A DNA stretch of 64,000 bases from Candidatus Babeliales bacterium (GTDB taxonomy: Bacteria > Babelota > Babeliae > Babelales > RVW-14), in assembly GCA_019749895.1 (NCBI GenBank), contig JAIEPG010000005.1:73371-137370 (forward strand). Reading direction: 5' to 3'. The notes below the pieces were generated by a model that did not search any database, had not been told where the DNA came from, and saw only the letters and a list, made by a program, of their open reading frames with translations. Shown piece by piece: positions 38,953 through 47,423 of this stretch; the first letter of the stretch is position 1; every line of letters begins with the position of its first letter. The translations under genes and the position numbers were made by a program.

Positions 38953-40989
38953 CTAACTTGTTGAATCGTAAAAAAGCTGGCCAGCCAAGTTAACGGTAGC
39001 ACCGCTCAAAACGTAGGCATCCAAATCGAAACTTGAACCAAGAGATGAATTACCAAGCGTAAGACCATTGGTCAGTGCTTGACTAGCTGATTCTGTGGTA
39101 TAAGCAACATCAAAAACTAATATTTCATTTGGTGAAGATGCTACTCCTGCCAAAAGTTTTTTACCGTCAGCAGAAAAACGAAGATCTGTTACGTTCACAA
39201 GACCAACATTGTACGTGTAAACCGACGTCAGTGATGTACCATTAAATTCAAAAATTCTGATATTGTTGACACCTCCACCTTGAGCCCCTCCAACAGCAAC
39301 ATAACGACCATCTGGAGACCAATCTACCGCGTAGTAAAGGGTGGTATTAAACGAATTAGATGCACTAGCAATCAAATTTTGTGTAAAACCGTTAAAAGAA
39401 TACACCATTAATGCAGGATCTGAACCAGCCGAGCTATTATAGGTTGTTATAGCAAAAAATAACCCATCAGAACGCCAAGCAACCTGACTAGATATTGCAA
39501 ATGCAGCAGAAAAAGTTACGGAATGACTACTTTGCTGCGTAAGAGATGTCCCATCAAACAAGTAAGTCTTGCTTGTTGTTGTTGGCGAAAAGCTACCGTA
39601 ATAAAGAGCTAAATATCTACCATTTGGACTCCACATAAGGGCTCTTCCTGCACTAAAGTTCCCTGCTCCTGGGGCCACTGTTGCAATTGCTGTAAGACTA
39701 TAACCACTAAACGAATAAACCGTCAAAGAACCAGTATTCATACCAGCAAGATAGTTACCACAAGGACTCCACGCTACTATGAATTGTCCACCAACCGAAG
39801 CAATTGGAGTCAAGCTTGCACCATCAAACCTGAAAACAGTTATGCCCGTGGCCCCAATAACACCAACAGCAATAAACCGACCAGTTGGATCCCAGTCAAC
39901 TGAGTAAACACCGGTACCACCCAGAACATAAGAAGCAACTAATTCTAATCCAGTAGCAGTAACTTTCAAAACACGAAAATTTGCATTAAGATAAGAAATA
40001 GTTGCAACATAACGAGCATTTGGGCTAAAAACACATTCAGCAAAACTTGATCCACTCGTAAGCAAAGAACTTGTCTCTGTTAAACTCAAAAATTTCGTTG
40101 TAGGTTTTGTCTCGATATCAATTTTATTGTCTAACCACAAGCGACCCTTGGTCAACCGCATGCCGGTAAATGTTGTTTGCAATGTGGTTCCGGAACCTTT
40201 GAGATAGATCCCCGAAGATTTGTCGTTCAGTTGCAATAAATCTTTATCGGTGGTGCTTGGATAGTAGTACAACGTAGTGCCAGGGTCGAAAGTCAACAGT
40301 GATTTTGGCGCAACATAACTTTGCATAACTGATTGATAAATAAATTGTGAAGTTCCGGTAAAGCGCACGTCATTAAAACAGAACATGCGCCCCGTTCTAA
40401 AAGCAAAATCATCTGCCAACGCCAGCTCAACATTATCAAGTGTCACATGCCCCTTTTGGTCAAAACAACGAATGATGGGAATATTGGAGCTGTTGCGCGT
40501 TGTTTGAATAGTCATATTTTTGAGCGTCAACGAAACATCTGAAGCAAGCAACAATTGTGCGTGCGCACCCAGCGTTAACGTATGGCCATGACCATCAATA
40601 ATTGTGTTGTCAATAAATTCTACAATCGTATCAGTTGGCAGACTCAATGAACCCCCAAGATGTATTGTGTTGCCACGCCCGTAAATTTTACCACTGCTTG
40701 ACCAGGTCAATTTTGAATCAAGATACAAATCTCCACGCAGATCTAACGAGCCTGTGGTACGCAAATCTATTGAACCAGAAACGGTATAAAACGTGTCTAG
40801 CGCTGCCGACTGGCCGGCTAAAATAGTAAAACCGTTATTTAACCGCACATAACCTTTTGCCGTGTTAAAGTTACGAAATACATAATGCTTGTCTTGATAC
40901 ACAATGCTTGCAGTACCATTCAAACTTGTTGCTTGCGCGAGCTCTGGACACAACGCAAGTAACACTAATAATTTTACAACTTGCTTCAT
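38953..40989 (-). CDS. Secreted modular protein, array paralog 1 of 5 (signal peptide, conserved N-module, 7-bladed propeller, conserved C-module)
   Basis: MKQVVKLLVLLALCPELAQA|TSLNGT. The N-module is shared with the other four copies. There are seven WSPxGxY-type blades. The C-terminus is ...ALTNGLTLGNSSLGSSFDLDAYVLSGATVNLAGQLFYDSTS. Confidence 0.85.
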   Translation of the reverse strand: MKQVVKLLVLLALCPELAQATSLNGTASIVYQDKHYVFRNFNTAKGYVRLNNGFTILAGQSAALDTFYTVSGSIDLRTTGSLDLRGDLYLDSKLTWSSSGKIYGRGNTIHLGGSLSLPTDTIVEFIDNTIIDGHGHTLTLGAHAQLLLASDVSLTLKNMTIQTTRNSSNIPIIRCFDQKGHVTLDNVELALADDFAFRTGRMFCFNDVRFTGTSQFIYQSVMQSYVAPKSLLTFDPGTTLYYYPSTTDKDLLQLNDKSSGIYLKGSGTTLQTTFTGMRLTKGRLWLDNKIDIETKPTTKFLSLTETSSLLTSGSSFAECVFSPNARYVATISYLNANFRVLKVTATGLELVASYVLGGTGVYSVDWDPTGRFIAVGVIGATGITVFRFDGASLTPIASVGGQFIVAWSPCGNYLAGMNTGSLTVYSFSGYSLTAIATVAPGAGNFSAGRALMWSPNGRYLALYYGSFSPTTTSKTYLFDGTSLTQQSSHSVTFSAAFAISSQVAWRSDGLFFAITTYNSSAGSDPALMVYSFNGFTQNLIASASNSFNTTLYYAVDWSPDGRYVAVGGAQGGGVNNIRIFEFNGTSLTSVYTYNVGLVNVTDLRFSADGKKLLAGVASSPNEILVFDVAYTTESASQALTNGLTLGNSSLGSSFDLDAYVLSGATVNLAGQLFYDSTS

Positions 40990-41041
40990 TACTACTCCCT
41001 TCTTTTACTTCTCACTCTTTTTTATAAATTTTTTTTATTTC

Positions 41042-43132
41042 CTAGCTTGTTGAATCGTAAAACAACTGGCCCGCCAAGTTAACGGTGGCACCGCTCAAAA
41101 CGTAGGCATCCAAATCGAATGAAGAGCCGGAAGCTGAGTTACCCAACGTAAGCCCGTTAGTAAGAGCTTGTGTTGTCGTGTCAAAGCGATAAGACACTGA
41201 ATAAACTTCAATTTGTGCATGGCCACCGGCAGGACCTTGACCACAAAGCGCTAGATATTTGCCATCTTTTGACCAACTTGTGTCTGCATGTCCATTGGAA
41301 TTACTACCATAATTGGAACTCGTTACCAGCGTTAAAGAAGAACCATTAAACTGAAAAATTTGAAACTCATTACTATTAGTCGGTGCTCTACCGCTCAGAG
41401 AGATGTATCTGCCGGTTGAATCCCACTGCACACTGTTAGGTCCAATTTGTAATCCATAATCTTTACTATCAACAAGCGTGCACGTTGTTCCATTAAAACT
41501 ATAAACTTGCAGTTCATTGCCATTAGTTGGAGAATTGCCCCCGACTGCCAAAAAATTACCATCCGGACTAAATTTCACTGCTAGAACAGAACTTGACCCA
41601 TACGTAACACTGGTAACTAATGTTAATGATGATCCATTGAATGAATAAACTTTAAATGTGCCATCACCTACACCAACAGCAACAAGGGCACTATTAATTG
41701 GATGCCATGAGAAACTAAACGGTGGACTCGATGGTCCAGCTATATTAAGACCGGTAACAAACGTAAGACTTGCAGCGAGAGGAGTCCCACTAAAACGATA
41801 CACTTGCAATCCATCACCAGTCGGCACCGGTGTTGGATTATAGGTACCAACAATAATATATTGCTGATCAAAAGACCATGCTAACCCAAACGCATTACCA
41901 ATATCAACCACCGAGCTTAATGAAACAGCAGCAAGTAACGTCAAACTTGTCCCATTAAAACTATAAACCTTAACGTTATTAGGATAACCACCAACTACCG
42001 CAAGATACTGACCGTCGATGCTCCATCGCGTGCAAAAAGCTTTGTTTTCAGTACCTCCAAAATTAGCGGTTGCTACCGAAGTAAGAGCTGCCCCGTCAAA
42101 GCGATAAACCTGTACCGAAGTAGCTCCGCCCCCTTCTCCAACTACCGCCACAAAGCGACCATTCGGAGAAAAATCGATTGAATAGGCACCAGTTGCCCCG
42201 TAACTTGCTGTGTCCACTTGGGTAATACTCGTTAATGTTGTTGCCGCGCGGGTACTCACCGTAACTTTATTGTCAAACCACAACCGACCTTTGCTCAAAC
42301 GCATACCGGTATGCGTTGTTTGGAGCGTTGTTGCAGCACCTTTAAAATAAACTCCTGCTGACTTGTCTTGCAGCTGTAATAAACTTTTTGCTGTTGTGCT
42401 TGGATAATAATACAATGTAGTACCAGGATCGAAGGTCAAAAGTGACTGTGAAGCAACATAGCTTTGCATCACCGATTGATATATAAAACACGAAGTGCCA
42501 GTCACAATAACATCGTTATTAAAGAACATGCGACCATTACGAAATGGAAAGTCATCTGCCAATGCCAACTCAACATCGTCCAACGTCACATGACCTTTTT
42601 GATCAAAACAGCGAATGATAGGAATGTTTGAACTATTGCGCGTTGTTTGAATGGTCATATTTTTGAGCGTCAACGAAACGTCTGAAGCAAGCAACAACTG
42701 CGCATGCGCCCCAAGCGTTAACGTGTGCCCATCACCATCAACAATGGTATCATCAATAAATTGTAAAACCGTGTCCGTTGGCAAACTCAATGAACCCCCA
42801 AGATGTATTGTATTGCCACGTCCATAAATTTTGCCGCTGCTTGACCACGTCACATGTGCATCTAAAAATAGATCGCTGCGCAAATCAAGCGAACCGGTGG
42901 TGCGCAAATCAATAGCACCAGAAACTGTTACAAAGGTATCTAAACCTGCCGACTGGCCAGCCAAAATGGTAAAGCCGTTGTTTAAACGTACATAGCCAGT
43001 TGCCGTATTAAAATTACGAAAAACATAATGCTTGTCTTGATACACAATGCTTGCGGTACCATTCAAACTTGTTGCACGCGCCAGCACTGGGCAGAACGCA
43101 AGCACCAATAATAATTTTAGAACGCGCTTCAT
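41042..43132 (-). CDS. Secreted modular protein, array paralog 2 of 5
   Basis: Same N- and C-modules. The propeller sequence is unrelated in detail to the other copies but again has seven blades (FSPNGRF, WSIDGQY, WSFDQQY, WHPINSA, FSPDGNF, WDSTGRY, WSKDGKY). Confidence 0.85.
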   Translation of the reverse strand: MKRVLKLLLVLAFCPVLARATSLNGTASIVYQDKHYVFRNFNTATGYVRLNNGFTILAGQSAGLDTFVTVSGAIDLRTTGSLDLRSDLFLDAHVTWSSSGKIYGRGNTIHLGGSLSLPTDTVLQFIDDTIVDGDGHTLTLGAHAQLLLASDVSLTLKNMTIQTTRNSSNIPIIRCFDQKGHVTLDDVELALADDFPFRNGRMFFNNDVIVTGTSCFIYQSVMQSYVASQSLLTFDPGTTLYYYPSTTAKSLLQLQDKSAGVYFKGAATTLQTTHTGMRLSKGRLWFDNKVTVSTRAATTLTSITQVDTASYGATGAYSIDFSPNGRFVAVVGEGGGATSVQVYRFDGAALTSVATANFGGTENKAFCTRWSIDGQYLAVVGGYPNNVKVYSFNGTSLTLLAAVSLSSVVDIGNAFGLAWSFDQQYIIVGTYNPTPVPTGDGLQVYRFSGTPLAASLTFVTGLNIAGPSSPPFSFSWHPINSALVAVGVGDGTFKVYSFNGSSLTLVTSVTYGSSSVLAVKFSPDGNFLAVGGNSPTNGNELQVYSFNGTTCTLVDSKDYGLQIGPNSVQWDSTGRYISLSGRAPTNSNEFQIFQFNGSSLTLVTSSNYGSNSNGHADTSWSKDGKYLALCGQGPAGGHAQIEVYSVSYRFDTTTQALTNGLTLGNSASGSSFDLDAYVLSGATVNLAGQLFYDSTS

Positions 43133-43187
43133 TACTACTCCCTTTTTCTGCTTTCTACTTCTCTTTTTTTATTCTCTAAATTTTTTT

Positions 43188-45248
43188 CTAACTTGTTGAG
43201 TCGTACATCAGCTGTCCTGCCAAATTAATGGTGGCATCACTCAGAACGTAGGTATCCAAATCAAACGAAGAACCAGCAGTTGAATTGCCAAGCACAAGAC
43301 CGTTTGTCAATGCTTGTGTAGTTGTGTCAAAACGATACGAAACGGTCCAGACTTCTATCTCGTCGTGGCCACCGTCAGGGCCCTCACCGCCAATAGCTAT
43401 ATACTTTCCATCAGAGCTCCATGCAACACCGTTGATTGACGTTCCAAAATTATAACTGGCAAGTTCAGTTAAAGTTCCTGGCCGCGTAAACTGATAAAGT
43501 TTAAGCTCACTACCATTGGTCGGAGTTGTTCCTCCACCAACCAAATATTGCCCATCAGGGCTCCAACGGGCCTCAAGAAAACTATCATTATTGCCGCTAT
43601 AAATAATGCTTGCAACGAGAGAAAAGGAACCCCCAGGATTAACAGAAAGTATGTTCAATCGTGAATCACCACCACCAATTTGATTGATCGTTTCAGAAAC
43701 ATACAAACCATCTTGAGTAAATTCTGCAGAACGACCAGATTGTCCAGCGTTAGTCGCTTGAATCAATGTTAATATTGATCCGTTAAAACTATAAGTACGC
43801 GTTTCAGTACTTGGCCCAGCACTCCCGCTAGAACAAAAAAAACGCGCACTTGGATGCCACGAAAGACCTCTAACATTACCTTGCCCAATTCCATTCCCAT
43901 CAATAAATGTTAATTTTTGACCATCAAATCTATAGATTTGCAACTGTTCAATTGTTGCGTCATCAGTAGATCCAAACAAAACATATTCTCCTGAAGGGCT
44001 CCACGCAATTCCTTTAACATTATCCGTTGCAGTAAGATCAGTTGCAGCAATGGTAGTAAGCGTTGTACCATTAAAACTGTAAATTCTCACATCGTTAGTT
44101 GCATCACCAACTGCACCTACAAATCTTCCACTTGGATGCCAGCGCACACGCCACACTTCAGCACCACCGCCAGTCCAATTATCACCGGTAACGTACGTCA
44201 GCGTTGAGCCGTTGAAACGGTAAACTTGAAATTCCATACCATTTGTTGGTCCAAAACCACCCACCGCTAAATACCTACCATCGGGGCTCCAATCTACCGA
44301 TTGTACCCGCGTACCATAACTTGCCGTGGTGAGTTGCACAAGGCCATTGGCAACCGTATTTGCCCGTGTAGTCAATGTTACTTTGTTATCCAACCAGAAG
44401 CGGCCCTTGCTCAAACGCATCCCGGTATGCGTTGTTTGCAACGTTGTTGCAGAACCGTTCAAATAAATACCTGCCGATTTGTCTTGCAGCTGAATCAAGT
44501 CTTTATCTGTTGAACTTGGGTAGTAATAAAGCGTAGTACCAGGATCGAACGTTAACAGCGATTGTGGCATCACATAACTTTGCATCCACGATTGATAAAT
44601 AAAACATGAAGTACCGGTCATTACAACATCATTACCAAAAAACATACGACCAGTTCGAAACGGAAAGTCATCTGCCAAAGCCAACTCAACATTGTCCAAC
44701 GTCACATGCCCTGTTTGGTCAAAGCAGCGAATAATAGGGATGTGTGCACTGTTGCGCGTTGTTTGAATGGTCATATTTTTGAGCGTCAACGAAACATCTG
44801 AAGCAAGCAACAATTGTGCATGCGCACCCAGCGTTAAGGTGTTGCCATGACCGTCAATAACGGTATCGTCAATAAATTGTACAATCGTATCAGTTGGCAA
44901 GCTCAAAGAACCGCCAAGGTGTATTGCATTGCCACGCCCATAAATTTTGCCGCTACTGGACCACGTTGCATGAGCGTCTAAAAATAAATCACCACGCAAA
45001 TCGAGCGAACCGGTGGTGCGCAAATCAATGGCACCCGAAACGGTTACAAAGGTATCTAAACCGGCAGACTGACCCGCCAAAATAGTAAAACCGTTATTTA
45101 AACGCACATAGCCTTTTGCCGTATTAAAATTACGAAAGACATAATGTTTGTCTTGGTACACAATGCTTGCCGTGCCGTTTAAACTTGTTGCCTGAATGAA
45201 TGTTGGGCACAGCACTAGCACCGCTAATAATTTTATAAGTCGCTTCAT
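43188..45248 (-). CDS. Secreted modular protein, array paralog 3 of 5
   Basis: Same architecture. Blades 1-2 and 6-7 are nearly shared with paralogs 4 and 5. Confidence 0.85.
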   Translation of the reverse strand: MKRLIKLLAVLVLCPTFIQATSLNGTASIVYQDKHYVFRNFNTAKGYVRLNNGFTILAGQSAGLDTFVTVSGAIDLRTTGSLDLRGDLFLDAHATWSSSGKIYGRGNAIHLGGSLSLPTDTIVQFIDDTVIDGHGNTLTLGAHAQLLLASDVSLTLKNMTIQTTRNSAHIPIIRCFDQTGHVTLDNVELALADDFPFRTGRMFFGNDVVMTGTSCFIYQSWMQSYVMPQSLLTFDPGTTLYYYPSSTDKDLIQLQDKSAGIYLNGSATTLQTTHTGMRLSKGRFWLDNKVTLTTRANTVANGLVQLTTASYGTRVQSVDWSPDGRYLAVGGFGPTNGMEFQVYRFNGSTLTYVTGDNWTGGGAEVWRVRWHPSGRFVGAVGDATNDVRIYSFNGTTLTTIAATDLTATDNVKGIAWSPSGEYVLFGSTDDATIEQLQIYRFDGQKLTFIDGNGIGQGNVRGLSWHPSARFFCSSGSAGPSTETRTYSFNGSILTLIQATNAGQSGRSAEFTQDGLYVSETINQIGGGDSRLNILSVNPGGSFSLVASIIYSGNNDSFLEARWSPDGQYLVGGGTTPTNGSELKLYQFTRPGTLTELASYNFGTSINGVAWSSDGKYIAIGGEGPDGGHDEIEVWTVSYRFDTTTQALTNGLVLGNSTAGSSFDLDTYVLSDATINLAGQLMYDSTS

Positions 45249-45304
45249 TACTACTCCCTTTTTCTACCTTCTACTTTCTCTTTTTTTATTCTCTAAATTT
45301 TTTT

Positions 45305-47368
45305 CTAACTTGTTGAGTCGTAAAACAACTGCCCAGCCAAGTTGACGGTTGCATCACTCAGCACATACGTATCTAAATCAAACGAAGAGCCAGCAGTTGA
45401 ACTGCCAAGCACAAGACCGTTTGTCAATGCTTGTGTAGTTGTGTCAAAACGATACGAAATGGTCCATACTTCAATTTCGTCATGCCCTCCGTCAGGCCCT
45501 TCACCGCCAATAGCTACATATTTTCCATCAGAGCTCCATGCAACACCATTAATTGCGGTTCCATAGTTGTAACTCGCAACTTCTGTTAATGTTGCTGGCC
45601 GCGTAAACTGATAAAGTTTAAGCTCGCTGCCATTACTTGGCGAGTTTCCACCACCAACCAAATACTGTCCATCAGGACTCCAACGAACTTCAAGAAAATT
45701 ATCATTGCCACCGCTGTAAACAATATGCTCCACAACACTAAATGAGGCTCCAGTAAATGAACACATAGTCAACCTTGAATCTCCACCACCTATTGTGTTC
45801 ATTGCTATCGCAAAATAAAGCCCATCCTGACTAAATTCAGCAGAACGACCTGATTGCCCGGCATTTGAAGCTTGAACAACAGAAATAGACGTTCCATTAA
45901 AACTATACACACGCGTTTCAATACTCAGCGCTCCCGCATTGCCCGCAACACAAAAAAACTTGCCACTGGGATGCCACGAAAGACCGCGAGCTGAAGCTGA
46001 AGTCACATTCATATCCGCACTATCAACAAATGTTAACGAGTTACCATCAAATCGATAAACTCGAATTTCGTCAGACGCATTCTCGTTATCAATACCAAAC
46101 AAAATAAATTCTCCTGATGGGCTCCAAGCAAGACCACGAACATCGCCAGTTGTAATATTTATTGCATCAAGCGTTATTAACGTTGAGCCATCAAAGCTAT
46201 AAATTCTCACGTCATTGGTTGCATCACCAACAGCAGCCACAAAACGACCATTTGGGTGCCAACGAACACGCCACACTTCAGCACCCCCACCAGTCCAATT
46301 ATCACCAGTAACGTACGTCAGCGTTGAACCGTTAAAGCGATAGACCTGAAATTCGAAAGTATTGGTTGGCCCAGTACCACCAACGGCCAAATATCTACCA
46401 TCTGGACTCCAATCTACCGAACGCACACGCGTGCCATAACTTGCCGTAGTGAGTTGCACAAATCCATTAGCAACCGTATTTGCCCGTGTAGTCAATGTTA
46501 CTTTGTTATCCAACCACAATCTACCTTTACTCAAACGCATGCCAGTATGCGTTGTTTGAAGCGTTGTTGCAGCACCTTTAAAATAAACTCCTGCTGACTT
46601 GTCTTGCAGCTGAACCAAATCTTTGTCCGTCGAGCTTGGGTAGTAATACAGCGTAGTGCCTGGATCGAACGTTAAAAGCGAATGTGGCACAACATAACTT
46701 TGCATAACCGATTGATAAACAAAACATGAAGTGCCGGTCACCACCACATCGTTTTCAAAAAACATACGGCCAGTTCGAAACGGAAAGTCATCTGCCAAAG
46801 CCAACTCAACATTGTCCAACGTTACATGCCCTGTTTGGTCAAAGCAGCGAATAATAGGAATATGTACGCTGTTGCGCGTTGTTTTGAGCGTCATATTTTT
46901 GAGCGTCAACGAAACATCTGAAGCAAGCAACAATTGTGCATGCGCACCAAGCGTTAACGTATGGCCATGGCCGTCAATAACGGTATCATCAATAAATTGT
47001 ACAATCGTATCGGTTGGCAAACTCAAAGAGCCACTAAGATGTATGGCATTGCCACGGCCATAAATTTTGCCGCTACTGGACCACGTTACATGAGCGTCTA
47101 AAAATAAATCACCACGCAAATCGAGCGAACCAGTGGTGCGCAAATCTATAGCACCAGAAACGGTTACAAACGTGTCCAGCCCTGCAGACTGGCCAGCCAA
47201 AATAGTAAAACCATTGTTCAAACGCACATAGCCTTTTGCCGTGTCAAAATTACGAAAAACATAATGCTTGTCTTGGTACACAATGCTTGCCGTACCATTC
47301 AAACTTGTTGCACCTGCGAGCGTTGGGCACAGCGCAAGCACCGCTAATAATTTTACAAAACGGTTCAT
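45305..47368 (-). CDS. Secreted modular protein, array paralog 4 of 5
   Basis: Same architecture. By my count the N-module is aa 1-295 (nt about 46484-47368), the propeller is aa about 305-638, and the C-module is aa 639-687. Confidence 0.85.
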   Translation of the reverse strand: MNRFVKLLAVLALCPTLAGATSLNGTASIVYQDKHYVFRNFDTAKGYVRLNNGFTILAGQSAGLDTFVTVSGAIDLRTTGSLDLRGDLFLDAHVTWSSSGKIYGRGNAIHLSGSLSLPTDTIVQFIDDTVIDGHGHTLTLGAHAQLLLASDVSLTLKNMTLKTTRNSVHIPIIRCFDQTGHVTLDNVELALADDFPFRTGRMFFENDVVVTGTSCFVYQSVMQSYVVPHSLLTFDPGTTLYYYPSSTDKDLVQLQDKSAGVYFKGAATTLQTTHTGMRLSKGRLWLDNKVTLTTRANTVANGFVQLTTASYGTRVRSVDWSPDGRYLAVGGTGPTNTFEFQVYRFNGSTLTYVTGDNWTGGGAEVWRVRWHPNGRFVAAVGDATNDVRIYSFDGSTLITLDAINITTGDVRGLAWSPSGEFILFGIDNENASDEIRVYRFDGNSLTFVDSADMNVTSASARGLSWHPSGKFFCVAGNAGALSIETRVYSFNGTSISVVQASNAGQSGRSAEFSQDGLYFAIAMNTIGGGDSRLTMCSFTGASFSVVEHIVYSGGNDNFLEVRWSPDGQYLVGGGNSPSNGSELKLYQFTRPATLTEVASYNYGTAINGVAWSSDGKYVAIGGEGPDGGHDEIEVWTISYRFDTTTQALTNGLVLGSSTAGSSFDLDTYVLSDATVNLAGQLFYDSTS

Positions 47369-47423
47369 TACTACTCCTTTTTTCTACTTTCTACTTTCTC
47401 TTTTTTTATTTTCTAAATTTTTT

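Noticed and set aside
46731-47063. Antisense ORFs of 60-110 aa recur inside the array. Examples are 40635..40826, 44894..45085, 46731..47063, 48381..48695 and 48997..49188.
   Set aside because: They are shadow ORFs on the strand opposite to long, well-supported genes. They recur only because the underlying genes are duplicated.
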